Positions 51,143-62,412 of a DNA stretch of 64,000 nt are shown one piece after another. The stretch lies in the NCBI GenBank assembly GCA_034530615.2, contig JAVRCV020000055.1, positions 1 to 64,000 of the forward strand. Reading direction: 5' to 3'. Source of the DNA: Aulosira sp. ZfuVER01. GTDB taxonomy: Bacteria; Cyanobacteriota; Cyanobacteriia; Cyanobacteriales; Nostocaceae. Positions within the stretch are counted from its first letter, which is position 1; each line of letters opens with the position of its first letter. Both the position numbers and the translations under genes were made by a program. The notes beneath the pieces are model-generated. The model worked only from the letters and a program-made list of their open reading frames with translations, did no database searches and had not been told where the DNA came from.

Positions 51143-51415
51143 ATGGCTTTTCTTCCCCCTGATGCTCCTCTCTATAACCATACCCTTCCACAAATTGAGC
51201 AATGGCTCAAAGACCAAGGCTGCAAACAAGATGAAGAACAGTTACATTGTTGGCACGTGGAACGCCCCCATTGGCAAGCTGATCTCTCCCTCGATGTTGA
51301 GCAACTGACTGTGCGATATATCGAAGCAGGAGAAAATCAGCAAGATATCCAACGCGCATTCAAATATTCTCTCAGTCGAGAAGATATTGAACAGGCAGTT
51401 TTTTCTGGGCCGTAA
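51143..51415 (+). CDS. DUF3143 family protein
   Basis: PLYNHTLPQIEQWL...FKYSLSREDIEQAVFSGP. Confidence 0.8.
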   Translation: MAFLPPDAPLYNHTLPQIEQWLKDQGCKQDEEQLHCWHVERPHWQADLSLDVEQLTVRYIEAGENQQDIQRAFKYSLSREDIEQAVFSGP

Positions 51416-51510
51416 GGGTAGAGAAAGACACGGAGACTGGGAGAGGGGGGACGCGGAGAATATTTCAGTTCTATTCGCCGCGTCGCCGCGTCTCTATGTC
51501 CCCCAGTCCC

Positions 51511-52260
51511 TTACACACTCCCAAACCTCCGCTCTCGTTGCTGATAGGCACACAAGGCGCGGTGGAATTCTGCGCGGTCAAAATCTGGCCACAGAGTTTC
51601 GGTAATATAAATTTCCCCATAAGCCATTTGCCAGAGGAGAAAATTGGAGAGGCGCATTTCTCCGCTAGTACGGATTAATAAATCTGGGTCAGCAATTCCG
51701 GCTGTGTAGAGATGGCGTTCAAAGACTGCTTCATCAATTTCATCGGGTTGTAGCAGACCTTGCTGAACTTTTTGGGCGATCGCCCGACAAGCCTGTAAAA
51801 TTTCTTGGCGTCCACCATAATTTGTGGCGACTGTAAACTTGATACTGCGATTATCCTTAGTTTCTGCCATAGAACGGGAAATTTCTGCTTGGAGCGATCG
51901 CGGTAGAGCATTTAAATTGCCGACAAACTGAATTTGCACATTCTCCTCTACCATTTCCCGCAGTTCTTGGCGTAACACTCTTTGGAATAGAGTCATCAAA
52001 AAATCAACTTCTTCTTGGGGTCTTTTCCAGTTTTCTGTGGAAAAAGCATAAGCTGTTAACGCCTGAATTCCCCAATCTTTACAACAACGGAGCAAATCCT
52101 TAAGTGCATCTACTCCTCGCTTATGACCCATAATTCGGGGTAGACCTTGACGTTTGGCCCATCGACCATTGCCATCCATAATTACCGCAACGTGCTTGGG
52201 CAGTAGTTCTCGTTTTAAGCCAGGGGGCAATTCTTGCAGTTCAGTTTGTTGTGCTGTCAT
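51511..52260 (-). CDS. uppS: undecaprenyl diphosphate synthase / isoprenyl transferase
   Basis: [38 protein letters not shown]. Confidence 0.96.
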   Translation of the reverse strand: MTAQQTELQELPPGLKRELLPKHVAVIMDGNGRWAKRQGLPRIMGHKRGVDALKDLLRCCKDWGIQALTAYAFSTENWKRPQEEVDFLMTLFQRVLRQELREMVEENVQIQFVGNLNALPRSLQAEISRSMAETKDNRSIKFTVATNYGGRQEILQACRAIAQKVQQGLLQPDEIDEAVFERHLYTAGIADPDLLIRTSGEMRLSNFLLWQMAYGEIYITETLWPDFDRAEFHRALCAYQQRERRFGSV

Positions 52261-53180
52261 TTTTTATCTCGAGAAGCGGTCGATGGTAATCCAAGTAACC
52301 GTGAAACTAGTGCTATTGCCTTACTACTAATCTGACGACCCAAGCTTAACAAACCAGGAGCCACAGCTTCCCGATCTACCGTTGGAGATAACAGAGCCTC
52401 TAAAGTCTCTTTTAGTTTCCTAATCGTCAGCGGTCTATTTAGAATTCCCCGTTCCGCTAAGGAAATAGAACCAGTTTCTTCTGATACAACGACACAGATG
52501 CAATTTTCGACCCGCTCAGTAATTCCCATCGCCGCCCGATGGCGTGTTCCCAACTGGCGCGAGGCTGTGCGTCCCGAAAGTGGTAAAATTATACCCGATG
52601 CAATAATCCGTGAGCCACGTATCAAAGTTGCTCCATCGTGCAACAAAGTTTTTGGTTGAAAGATAGTTTGAATTAATTCTTTAGTAACCTCAGCATTGAG
52701 TCTTACTCCTGGTACAGAAAAATCTCGCTCGTCAATTGGGCCTGTTGTTTCCAAAATTAATAAAGCTCCAATCCGGTTTTTTGACAGTTCTTTGACTGCA
52801 TCAACAATTTCATCAATTACACTATCTGATTTAGGTACTGCCAGACTGGATGGTTGAAACAACTGGCGAAATTCGCCACGCCCTAATTGTTCTAAAAATC
52901 GCCGAAATTCTGACTGGAGAGCAACTGCCATTGCCACTGCGCAGCCAATTACTAACTTTTCTAGTACAAAATTTAACAGTGGTAGCCCCAATCTATTACT
53001 AAGTGCTGAGGCTAGCATCAAGATAATAAATCCTCGTACCATCCACAGCGTCCGGCGCTCGCTAATAATAACTAGTATCATGTACGTCAGCGCCAACACG
53101 AATACAATATCCAGAGTCCCAAGCAGCAAGGACTGCGACCATCCTAGGTTTGTCAGCCATTGCTTCCACCAATCTCTCAT
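52257..53180 (-). CDS. cdaA: diadenylate cyclase
   Basis: 3 TM helices; LHDGA and GTRHRAA motifs; lysA-cdaA-uppS synteny. Confidence 0.95.
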   Translation of the reverse strand: MRDWWKQWLTNLGWSQSLLLGTLDIVFVLALTYMILVIISERRTLWMVRGFIILMLASALSNRLGLPLLNFVLEKLVIGCAVAMAVALQSEFRRFLEQLGRGEFRQLFQPSSLAVPKSDSVIDEIVDAVKELSKNRIGALLILETTGPIDERDFSVPGVRLNAEVTKELIQTIFQPKTLLHDGATLIRGSRIIASGIILPLSGRTASRQLGTRHRAAMGITERVENCICVVVSEETGSISLAERGILNRPLTIRKLKETLEALLSPTVDREAVAPGLLSLGRQISSKAIALVSRLLGLPSTASRDKK

Positions 53181-53246
53181 GACATCTGGATTACTATTTT
53201 GCCTCTAAATACGGTGAGTTAATAGTCCAGAGTCACTAGTCCAGGG

Positions 53247-53371
53247 GAGCCACTGCGGTGAGCCTTCCGACTTGTACTCCAAAGGAGAACCCGCAGGGTA
53301 GCAACTGCCGTTCCTCGAAGGGGTTCTCTAAGAGTACCCGTAAGGGTCTTGGGGAATCCTCAAGTGGCGTT
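53247..53371. repeat. nested SDR5-like repeats
   Basis: GAGCCACTGCGG...CCGACTTG...GCAACTGCC...GGTCTTGGGGAATCCTCAAGTGGCGT; similar to 41375-41441. Confidence 0.55.
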
Positions 53372-53402
53372 CACGAGTCAAGAGTGAAATTTATTGACTC
53401 TA

Positions 53403-53440
53403 GACTGTGGACTGTGGACTGTGGACTGTGGACTTTTGAC
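53403..53440. repeat. heptamer STRR (GACTGTG)n
   Basis: 4-5 tandem copies right after the lysA stop. Confidence 0.9.
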
Positions 53441-54843
53441 TATTTCTTAAGTCTTTCTGGTAGGCAATCTTGTCGAATCAAGTCCTGATAAGTTTCGCGC
53501 TGCAAAATCAAATTTGCTTCGCCGTTTGCCACCACAACTGCTGCCGGTCGGGGTAAGCGATTGTAGTTTGATGCCATACTGTAATTGTAAGCACCAGTTC
53601 CCATAACTACGAGAATATCCCCAGGTTCAGTTTTGGGGAGTAGAGCATTTTTAATCAAAATATCCCCTGATTCACAATGCTTACCAGCAATTGTGACAGT
53701 TTCGGTTAAGGGAACAGCAATTTTATTTGCTACTACAGCTCGGTACACTGACTGGTAGGTAATCGGACGGGGATTGTCTGACATACCGCCATCTACTGCT
53801 ATGTAGGTACGAATTTCGGGAACAACTTTGGATGAACCAATTGTATAAGCAGTAACGCAAGCTGTGGCAATTAGCGATCGCCCTGGTTCACATAATAGCT
53901 TAGGTAAGGGTAAATTTGCGGCTTTACAGGCTGTTTGCACTACTTCACAAATCGCCTTTACCCATTCCTCGATACTGGGTGGATCGTCTGATTCTACATA
54001 ACGAATTCCTAAACCACCACCGACATTTAACTCTGTTACATTTAAACCGTACTTAGCTGCATCTTGCAACCACTGCACCATGACAGCAGCTAAATCTTGA
54101 TGGGGTTGGCGTTCAAAAATTTGGGAACCAATATGAGCGTGTAAACCTACACAGTCTAAAGCAGATTGCTTACTAACAAACGTAAAAACTTCATCCAAAT
54201 CGTTCGGATCGAAGCCAAATTTACTGTCTAGATGCCCCGTGCGAATATATTCGTGAGTGTGACATTCGATACCTGGGGTCAGCCGCAACATTACGCGGAT
54301 AGGCACAAGGGAAGAATTGTCTGCTTGCTCCTGTGCGATGTCAACCAAGGTATTTAACTCATACCAGTTATCTACCACAATGGTGGCACCAGACTCGATT
54401 GCTAAAGTTAGCTCTTGGCGAGATTTATTATTACCGTGGAGGTAGATTTTCTCAGGGCTTACACCAGCGGTGAGGGCGGTGTAGAGTTCTCCCCCAGATA
54501 CGACATCGATTCCTAATCCTTCGGAGGCAATAATCGCAGAAATTGCCAAACAATTCCAAGCTTTGGAAGCATAAAGTACTTGAGATTCCCCCTGGTAGTA
54601 TTGCTTGAAAGTATCCCGGTATTGCTGACAAGCCAAACGTAGGGTTTCTTCATCTAAAATATATAAGGGTGAGCCAAACTGCTGCACTAGGGTTGCGATA
54701 TCACACCCACCAATTTCCAAGCAGCCATGACTATTTACTCTAGCCGTCAAGGGTAGGAGTTCTTGATTGGGCGAAGTGTTACGCCTTGGAGGTAAATACT
54801 GAATACCAGTATGTTGAACCCCAATAGGGTGAGTCGATACCAT
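53440..54843 (-). CDS. lysA: diaminopimelate decarboxylase
   Basis: YASKA, DVVSGGEL, SKFG, HAHIGSQ, GGGLG, EPGRSL, HCESGD, GAYNYSMASNYN. Confidence 0.97.
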   Translation of the reverse strand: MVSTHPIGVQHTGIQYLPPRRNTSPNQELLPLTARVNSHGCLEIGGCDIATLVQQFGSPLYILDEETLRLACQQYRDTFKQYYQGESQVLYASKAWNCLAISAIIASEGLGIDVVSGGELYTALTAGVSPEKIYLHGNNKSRQELTLAIESGATIVVDNWYELNTLVDIAQEQADNSSLVPIRVMLRLTPGIECHTHEYIRTGHLDSKFGFDPNDLDEVFTFVSKQSALDCVGLHAHIGSQIFERQPHQDLAAVMVQWLQDAAKYGLNVTELNVGGGLGIRYVESDDPPSIEEWVKAICEVVQTACKAANLPLPKLLCEPGRSLIATACVTAYTIGSSKVVPEIRTYIAVDGGMSDNPRPITYQSVYRAVVANKIAVPLTETVTIAGKHCESGDILIKNALLPKTEPGDILVVMGTGAYNYSMASNYNRLPRPAAVVVANGEANLILQRETYQDLIRQDCLPERLKK

Positions 54844-54935
54844 AACTATAAGAGTTGTCCTTGTTCAAATTATGGGCGTGAGTTAGTCTCCCGATTCCCA
54901 GTTTACAAAGGGTTTGTAATCTTATTCAAATAAAT

Positions 54936-55487
54936 GTGATCTCATTAGACTTAAAAATTCAACCACTGACATCAGATGATCTCAGTGCAGTGCTAGAACT
55001 TGATAAAGCCTGTTTCGGCGGTCTTTGGACGTTGGAGGGCTACCAACGAGAGTTGGACAGCCCAAATAGCGATTTACTTGGTTTATTTTCCCCTGTCTCT
55101 AGCTTGAGTTTGCTAGGGATGGGTTGCTTTTGGTCAATTTTGGAAGAAGCTCACATCACAATTTTGGCAGTACATCCCCAATATCACTGTCAAGGTTTGG
55201 GTCAAGCTTTACTATATTCCCTGCTCAAGACAGCTAGCGATCGCGGTTTGGAGCGAGCTACCCTCGAAGTTCGAGCTTCCAACCTAGCGGCTATATCTTT
55301 ATATCAAAAATTTGGCTTCAAAACAGCTGGGCGACGGCGGCGTTACTATAAGGATAATGACGAAGATGCCTTGATTCTTTGGCTTTCAGATCTTCAACAG
55401 CCACATTTTACAGCAAATTTGCGCTCCTGGGAAGCTATGGTAAGCGATCGCCTCAAAAAATCTTCGTGGCAATTCCAGCTTCCGTAG
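54936..55487 (+). CDS. rimI: ribosomal protein S18-alanine N-acetyltransferase
   Basis: EAHITILAVHP, LEVRASN, RRRYY..EDALI. Confidence 0.9.
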   Translation: MISLDLKIQPLTSDDLSAVLELDKACFGGLWTLEGYQRELDSPNSDLLGLFSPVSSLSLLGMGCFWSILEEAHITILAVHPQYHCQGLGQALLYSLLKTASDRGLERATLEVRASNLAAISLYQKFGFKTAGRRRRYYKDNDEDALILWLSDLQQPHFTANLRSWEAMVSDRLKKSSWQFQLP

Positions 55488-56131
55488 TTCGACATCGGAA
55501 AATCACTACTCAATAGTTAATAGTCAACATTTCCGGGCGATCAACTCTTGTACTATGAAGCGTGGAAATTTCATATAGCAATCGCTTTGATTCTTGAACT
55601 TACTTGCTTAGGTAGGCAATAGGCTACAAGCAATCAGCAATAGTTATTTCTTTGCTCCCCTCTACTCCCCTGCTCCCCTGCTTTTCCCCCTCATCCCCTC
55701 ACCTTTTTGCCGAACTTTTGATAATTTTGATAACTTTGCGGTTGACTCTTGACCATCTTCATGAAAAAAATAAATTTCCTGCGCGTATTTATTATGAGTA
55801 TTTTTTATAGCTTTGAACTTTTATTTTTAAAATTTATATAAAATCAACAATATTCTTGACTTTGTTGAATAGAAATGTTAAATATATCTGTTTGGTAGTG
55901 GTTGGAAAAATTAGAATTTAGAAGTTTTTTGTGTGCGATTAATGCCAAAAAGGCTTGTTATGTCGCTCCCCTCAGTATAACAGCCACACATAAGTAACAA
56001 ATATTAAAGAATTACGCCATCAGCTTGGGTGATTACGCTTGGATTTCTAGTATTTTTTATACAGATATCCAAAAGTCTAGCCTGTGCTAAAATCAGCGTA
56101 CCGGCACGACGCAGGTGATGGGAAAAATGCC

Positions 56132-58600
56132 ATGTTTGAACGCTTCACAGAAAAAGCTATTAAGGTAATCATGCTGGCCCAAGAAGAGGCCCGCCGCTTA
56201 GGCCACAATTTCGTCGGCACTGAACAAATCCTCCTGGGTTTGATTGGTGAAGGGACGGGAGTTGCGGCCAAGGTGTTGAAATCAATGGGTGTCAATCTCA
56301 AAGATGCCCGAATTGAGGTAGAAAAAATCATAGGACGGGGTTCAGGCTTTGTTGCCGTGGAAATTCCCTTTACGCCACGGGCAAAGCGGGTTCTAGAACT
56401 ATCCTTAGAAGAAGCGCGCCAATTAGGCCATAACTACATTGGCACCGAGCATCTCCTGTTAGGCCTGATCCGGGAAGGGGAAGGTGTGGCAGCTAGGGTG
56501 CTAGAAAACTTAGGCGTGGATCTATCTAAGGTGAGAACCCAAGTCATTCGGATGTTGGGAGAAACGGCGGAAGTATCACCTGGTGGTTCATCCAGCCGCA
56601 CCAAAACTCCAACTTTGGATGAATTTGGCTCGAACCTGACCCAAATGGCAACGGACAACAAGCTCGATCCGGTGGTGGGACGCGCCAAAGAAATCGAGCG
56701 AGTCATTCAAATTTTGGGTCGCCGGACAAAAAATAACCCAGTATTGATAGGCGAACCAGGGGTTGGTAAAACAGCGATCGCTGAAGGTTTAGCATCGCGG
56801 ATTGCCAACAAAGATGTCCCCGACATCCTGGAGGATAAGCGCGTAGTCACTCTGGATATTGGCTTGCTCGTAGCAGGAACCAAGTACCGGGGTGAATTTG
56901 AAGAACGTCTGAAGAAAATCATGGATGAAATCCGCTCTGCGGGTAACGTGATTCTCGTAATTGACGAAGTTCACACCCTAATTGGTGCAGGAGCAGCAGA
57001 AGGCGCAATTGACGCAGCGAATATTCTCAAGCCAGCTTTGGCCAGAGGTGAGTTGCAATGTATTGGTGCAACAACCCTAGATGAATACCGCAAGCACATT
57101 GAGCGCGATGCAGCCTTAGAGCGACGCTTCCAACCAGTAATGGTGGGCGAACCCTCAGTTGATGAAACAATTGAGATTTTATATGGTTTGCGCGATCGCT
57201 ACGAGCAACACCACAAGTTAAAAATCTCCGATGAAGCCTTGGTGGCGGCGGCAAAATTATCTGACCGTTATATTAGCGATCGCTACCTGCCAGATAAAGC
57301 CATCGACTTGATCGATGAAGCAGGTTCGAGAGTACGGTTGATTAATTCCCAACTACCACCAGCAGCTAAAGAGTTAGACAAAGAACTGCGACAAATCTTA
57401 AAAGAAAAAGATGATGCAGTTCGCTCCCAAGACTTTGACCGAGCTGGGGAATTGCGCGATCGCGAAATGGAAATCAAAGCCGAAATTCGTGCAATCGCTC
57501 AAAGCAAAACCAACGGCTCTGGGAATGAAGGTCTAGAACCAGTCGTGACTGAAGAGGACATCGCCCACATCGTCGCATCCTGGACTGGCGTTCCGGTGAA
57601 CAAGCTCACCGAATCCGAATCTGAGAAGCTGTTGCACATGGAAGACACCTTACATCAGCGTCTCATTGGACAAGAAGATGCTGTCAAGGCAGTTTCCCGA
57701 GCAATTCGCCGCGCTCGTGTCGGTTTGAAGAATCCCAATCGACCCATCGCTAGCTTTGTCTTCTCTGGTCCCACCGGCGTTGGTAAAACTGAGTTGGCAA
57801 AATCCTTGGCTTCTTACTTCTTCGGTTCCGAAGAAGCAATGATTCGCCTGGATATGTCGGAATACATGGAGCGTCACACCGTCAGCAAACTGATTGGTTC
57901 GCCTCCAGGTTATGTTGGCTATAACGAAGGCGGTCAGCTAACCGAAGCTGTAAGGCGGCGTCCTTACACTGTGGTGCTATTCGATGAAATCGAAAAAGCC
58001 CACCCCGATGTCTTCAACATGCTGCTGCAAATTTTAGAAGACGGTCGCTTAACCGATGCTAAAGGTCGCACCGTTGACTTCAAGAACACCTTGCTGATTT
58101 TGACATCCAACATCGGTTCTAAGGTAATTGAAAAAGGCGGCGGCGGTATCGGCTTCGAGTTTGCTGATGATGTCAGCGAATCACAGTACAACCGCATTCG
58201 CTCCTTGGTGAACGAAGAATTGAAGCAATACTTCCGTCCAGAGTTCCTCAACCGTCTAGATGAAATTATCGTCTTCCGTCAGTTGAGCAAGGCAGAAGTC
58301 ACCCAAATTGCGGAAATCATGCTCAAAGAAGTCTTTGGTCGCCTAACCGAAAAAGGTATCACCTTAGAAGTTACCGATCGCTTCAAAGATCGCCTGATTA
58401 CAGAAGGTTACAGCCCCAGCTACGGCGCACGACCGTTACGTCGAGCTATTATGCGCTTGTTAGAAGATAGCTTGGCCGAAGAGATTCTCTCTGGTCGCAT
58501 CAAGGATGGCGATATAGCCCTTGTTGATGTCGATGAAAACGGCAATGTTCAAGTAAGTTCACAACAGCGTCGGGAATTGTTATCCCAAGGCGTTGAGTAA
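56132..58600 (+). CDS. clpC: ATP-dependent Clp protease ATPase subunit
   Basis: MFERFTEKA, two AAA+ modules ([16 protein letters not shown]), UVR domain, IGF loop. Confidence 0.98.
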   Translation: MFERFTEKAIKVIMLAQEEARRLGHNFVGTEQILLGLIGEGTGVAAKVLKSMGVNLKDARIEVEKIIGRGSGFVAVEIPFTPRAKRVLELSLEEARQLGHNYIGTEHLLLGLIREGEGVAARVLENLGVDLSKVRTQVIRMLGETAEVSPGGSSSRTKTPTLDEFGSNLTQMATDNKLDPVVGRAKEIERVIQILGRRTKNNPVLIGEPGVGKTAIAEGLASRIANKDVPDILEDKRVVTLDIGLLVAGTKYRGEFEERLKKIMDEIRSAGNVILVIDEVHTLIGAGAAEGAIDAANILKPALARGELQCIGATTLDEYRKHIERDAALERRFQPVMVGEPSVDETIEILYGLRDRYEQHHKLKISDEALVAAAKLSDRYISDRYLPDKAIDLIDEAGSRVRLINSQLPPAAKELDKELRQILKEKDDAVRSQDFDRAGELRDREMEIKAEIRAIAQSKTNGSGNEGLEPVVTEEDIAHIVASWTGVPVNKLTESESEKLLHMEDTLHQRLIGQEDAVKAVSRAIRRARVGLKNPNRPIASFVFSGPTGVGKTELAKSLASYFFGSEEAMIRLDMSEYMERHTVSKLIGSPPGYVGYNEGGQLTEAVRRRPYTVVLFDEIEKAHPDVFNMLLQILEDGRLTDAKGRTVDFKNTLLILTSNIGSKVIEKGGGGIGFEFADDVSESQYNRIRSLVNEELKQYFRPEFLNRLDEIIVFRQLSKAEVTQIAEIMLKEVFGRLTEKGITLEVTDRFKDRLITEGYSPSYGARPLRRAIMRLLEDSLAEEILSGRIKDGDIALVDVDENGNVQVSSQQRRELLSQGVE

Positions 58601-58646
58601 GATTTAAAATTTCAGATTTGGGATTAAATCTCAAATTTAAAAATTT

Positions 58647-58680
58647 AAACGGTAGAGTATTCATTACTCTACCGTTTTTT
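58647..58680 (+). terminator. rho-independent terminator of clpC
   Basis: AAACGGTAGAGTA-TTCAT-TACTCTACCGTTTTTT. Confidence 0.85.
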
Positions 58681-58800
58681 GTTGTTAATACAGCTTTTTC
58701 CACAAAAATAAGCAGCAACCTTTCATCGTAGTTTGGATGGTACTCGGATATTTAATTATGGGCAATGGAAAAATAAGGAAGCATAGGAGGCTCTGTAGAT

Positions 58801-58851
58801 TTTGTATTCGCATTGTCTATACAAATTTTGTATACTCATTGTATAGACAAA
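58801..58851. promoter_or_regulatory. tandem operator-like sites upstream of the TA operon
   Basis: TTTGTATTCGCATTGTCTATACAAA and TTTGTATACTCATTGTATAGACAAA (21/25 identical); also perfect inverted repeat TTGTCTATACAA/TTGTATAGACAA. Confidence 0.65.
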
Positions 58852-58865
58852 AAAGCCAGCGATTT

Positions 58866-59174
58866 ATGCAACCCCAAACAGGATCTTTCAACCATCAAAA
58901 CCGTGATGTTACCATCAACATTAGGGCACACCAGGGACAACGGGATTTAATTGACCGCGCAGCAGAAGCCCTTGGTAAGAACCGTTCCGATTTTATGCTA
59001 GAGACCGCCTGTCGGGAAGCAGAAGCAGTTTTGCTAGCTCGGCGGCTGTTTATGCTGGATGATGAAAAGTTTCAGCAATTTGTCGAACTACTCGATCGGT
59101 CACCTGTTACCAACGCCAAACTCCATAACTTGCTCACCAAGAAAGCGCCGTGGGAACAGAGTGTGGAGGAGTAG
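58866..59174 (+). CDS. DUF1778 (RHH, TacA/AtaR-like) antitoxin
   Basis: INIRA...RDLIDRAAEALGKNRSDFML...KAPWE; start moved to ATG 58866. Confidence 0.92.
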   Translation: MQPQTGSFNHQNRDVTINIRAHQGQRDLIDRAAEALGKNRSDFMLETACREAEAVLLARRLFMLDDEKFQQFVELLDRSPVTNAKLHNLLTKKAPWEQSVEE

Positions 59175-59177
59175 GGC

Positions 59178-59696
59178 GTGACAGGCTCTCCAGAACAACA
59201 AATTCAGGCTCCAGAACCTCTCAATGCAGGGCATCAATTAGAAAATTTTGATTCCGGTAATGCCGAACTAAATGAGTGGTTAAAAAAACGTGCCGTGAAA
59301 AACGAAGCTAGCGGAGCTTCCAGAACTTATGTGGTAACGGTGGGTCAAAAAGCGATCGCCTATTATTGTTTGGCAAATGGCAGTGTCATCAATATCACTG
59401 CTCCTGGTAAAGTCCGGCGTAATATGCCAGACCCGATTCCGGTCATGGTCATTGGTCGGCTGGCGGTAGATATTAATTGGCAAGGGCAAGGTATTGGCTA
59501 TGCTCTGGTGCGTGATGCGGTACTTCGTACCCTCCAAGCAGCAAAGATTGCCGGAATCAGGGCGATTCTTGTTCATGCCATTTCTGTTGAAGCGAAGCAA
59601 TTCTATGAGAAATGCGGTTTTATCCCCTCACCTGTGGCGCCGATGACCCTTATGGTAACGATCGCAGATGCTCTAGAAGCGTTTAAAGCTGGGTAG
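59178..59696 (+). CDS. GNAT-family toxin (TacT/AtaT-like tRNA acetyltransferase)
   Basis: FDSG..LNEWLK, RRNMPDPIPV..IGRLAVD..QGQGIG, ILVHA..AKQFY. Confidence 0.92.
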   Translation: MTGSPEQQIQAPEPLNAGHQLENFDSGNAELNEWLKKRAVKNEASGASRTYVVTVGQKAIAYYCLANGSVINITAPGKVRRNMPDPIPVMVIGRLAVDINWQGQGIGYALVRDAVLRTLQAAKIAGIRAILVHAISVEAKQFYEKCGFIPSPVAPMTLMVTIADALEAFKAG

Positions 59697-60113
59697 TTTG
59701 GAGCGGCTTGGGAGCGACAATTCGCTGTCAAAATTTATTAGTCGCAAAGAGCATAATCAAATAGAAATACGGGGATTATTTTATTGACCCAGATATAGAA
59801 ATTGCTGAACAAAAATCACACCACAAATATCCTCATCGCTGGATTGTTACTTTCCCCATAACAAAAAATTTGTTCCCTACCTCTACGCATAACTTTAATT
59901 TTGTCTCACTACTTACAATTGTTCTACCTTTTCCAACTCGTCTCACTCACGTTAAAATTATTTCACCTGGGGCAGTTTAAAATAAAGAACAGCCTGAAAA
60001 GTTGAATCTCATTAATAATGAGATTAAATCTCAGATAGAAGATGATAAACTGGGCGATCGCGCATAATTTGAATTGGTCCTGAAAAATCCAGGGCTAAAT
60101 TCCTGACTACAAA

Positions 60114-60821
60114 TTACTCATCCCCAGTTCCTATACTTAAGACAGCTAGAGTATGCAAATCTGGAACTTCTAACTCAGGTTGAGCAACTACTGGTAAATT
60201 AGCACCAACCCCTTCTTTGCTTGCTCTCCGGTTTACCCAAACTGTTGATATTCCTAAAGATTGGGCTGGAACGATATCATGATAAATACTGCACGCAACG
60301 TGTAATATCTGTTCTAGCGGTAGGTCTATTCTCTCAATTGCAACTCTGAAGTTGTTGAGAGATGGTTTGTAGCTTTTGACTTGCTCTGCTGTAATAATCC
60401 AGTCAAATTCAACCTCTAAATGTTGGGCAGAGAAAGCAAAAAGATTATCATCTACATTAGAAATAATTGCTAGCTGATACTTTTTCTTGAGAGCTTTCAG
60501 TGCCTCGACTGTATCCGGGAAAGGTGGCCAATGCTTAATCGAATCAGCAAGGGAATATAATTCTTCAGCAGCCGGAGTAAAGCCAAAATATTCACCAAAC
60601 TTTTGGATTACTCTTGCGAGAACTTCTTTATATTTTAGATATTCTCCTTTTTGAATTTCTGCCTCAAATTCAGCAAAAAGTTGCAAAATTTGTTCATCAT
60701 CTAAATTATGACCGTGGGTAGATAAAAGTGGCTTTAGTGCTGCTAAAATACCGCTTTCCCAATCAATTAGAGTGCCATAACAATCGAATGTTAAAACTTG
60801 GAATCGATCAAAGTTAATCAA
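60114..60821 (-). CDS. haloacid dehalogenase type II (HAD family)
   Basis: TFDCYGTLIDWESG, ISNVD, YKPS, HDIVPA. Confidence 0.9.
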   Translation of the reverse strand: MINFDRFQVLTFDCYGTLIDWESGILAALKPLLSTHGHNLDDEQILQLFAEFEAEIQKGEYLKYKEVLARVIQKFGEYFGFTPAAEELYSLADSIKHWPPFPDTVEALKALKKKYQLAIISNVDDNLFAFSAQHLEVEFDWIITAEQVKSYKPSLNNFRVAIERIDLPLEQILHVACSIYHDIVPAQSLGISTVWVNRRASKEGVGANLPVVAQPELEVPDLHTLAVLSIGTGDE

Positions 60822-61659
60822 ATTCTCTACTCCGCGTTAACTTAACGGTGTTCAGTGGCTTTTCGCCTAGAAGTACTATAGTATTTTTACCATGTGTAGA
60901 TGTTGGTCTTTCCTTGGACTAACTATTGTTTTATATTTAGGGCTTTAGGACTCACGCAAAATCGTCAACAAGCATTTATCGTAGATGCAGTTTCCCAAAG
61001 TACTCCGTCTTCGAGTTGGCGATCGCGATCTACCTCGATTTTTCTTAACCAAGGTTTAATATTAAATTAATTTAATAATTTAAAAACCTAATCCTAAATT
61101 CTAAAATGAAGGTGATTAGCTAGGCTGCTTTCAACTTAGAACATTTTTGCTATTTTTAACCTATTCATAGTAAAAAGTTTACTGTAGTTTAGCAGTATTC
61201 TTTATTGGAATTTCTTAACCTAAATTTGTACCAATTTTAACTCAATCTTTGCTAATCCTGTAAGTCTTAATAAGAAGATTGTGAAGTCAATATGCTAAAA
61301 TACGGTATTTCGATTGGAGTTTAGATGTATTTATTCCATCAACCCAGAGCAAAAATTCAGATTAGAGGCTCTTACAAGTTGCTATGTAATGCTTTCAGGT
61401 CATTAAATTCAGAATATGCAACTTTCTAAAGTGTTGATATTCTGAGCAAAACAGGTTGATTGTAGACCTACAAAGTTTATAAATACAAAAAATTAGAGGA
61501 CTCTGCAACGCAGAGTTTCCTTTGTAGCACTGTGCAAAGAAAAAATCAGAATATATGATTACTTTTTTATAAAGCCAGTGTTCGTAGCGTCTACATCTAA
61601 ACCATGACATCTGCATTTTTTTTCTTTGGAGTTTTCTTAACTAGATGTGAGGAGTACAA

Positions 61660-62160
61660 ATGCTTGAGGCTATCGCTGTTGCTTGGCTATTATTGTTTTT
61701 TGGTGATTTCCTTTCAACTTTTGTTTACCACGTACCCGAGCATGTTTTTGGTAGCCTCCACCTGAAAACGCATCATTCTTGGAAAAAAGACTTCCGCCAT
61801 TATGCTATTTTGACGTTAAATACCCAGGTTTTATTAGATGGGATTTTGGGTGCGTTGCCTTATTTAGTAATGGCAATAATTTTGTGGTCTTTCTCTCCAA
61901 TTGGTGTAATTTCTGGACTACTATTGGGTCAGTTTCATGTTTGGTGGAGACACATCAGTGTTTTGGATTGGCAAACTCCAAAGCCTGTAACTATTTTGTG
62001 CCAGATTTTATTCATCACCACACCTGAAAGACATTGGTTACACCATCAAAAAACTAACCAGGGTTTTGGTGATATTTTTACTTTTTTTGAGCAACCTTCA
62101 CTTATCTGGTTGCGTTGGTTACGCTTGCTGAGAATTCGTTTTCGCTACTCGCGTATCTAG
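61660..62160 (+). CDS. fatty acid hydroxylase / sterol desaturase family protein
   Basis: His boxes HVPEH, HLKTHH, HVWWRH, HWLHH. Confidence 0.8.
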   Translation: MLEAIAVAWLLLFFGDFLSTFVYHVPEHVFGSLHLKTHHSWKKDFRHYAILTLNTQVLLDGILGALPYLVMAIILWSFSPIGVISGLLLGQFHVWWRHISVLDWQTPKPVTILCQILFITTPERHWLHHQKTNQGFGDIFTFFEQPSLIWLRWLRLLRIRFRYSRI

Positions 62161-62412
62161 CTAATACTAATGAGTTTTGTACAGTCAATCTTGGTTTTTG
62201 GCTAGTCAAAGGATCGTATTGCACAATGCAGTTCAGTTAAGTTCTCTCGCATACCCAAAATAACGCCCGCAGGTTGGAAGCCTGGGGCTTTGTTCGATTA
62301 GCCGCACCATTCTATGGTGACGGCTAAATTTCGTGGAATTGCTTAAAATCTTTTTCCGCAACCAAATTACTGTAATATGCTTCAATAGCTTTTTTTATAC
62401 TAAACTCTATTA

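Noticed and set aside
51511..54843. lysA-cdaA-uppS cluster as a novel c-di-AMP system
   Set aside because: Well-known conserved cyanobacterial operon
41626..59696. Translation-stress island (RelE-like, EF-G paralogue, HicAB, GNAT toxin)
   Set aside because: Elements are separated by core genes and TA modules are common in these genomes; co-location is probably coincidental
59700..60110. Possible gene remnants after the GNAT toxin
   Set aside because: Short coding-like stretches but no recognisable family or continuous frame
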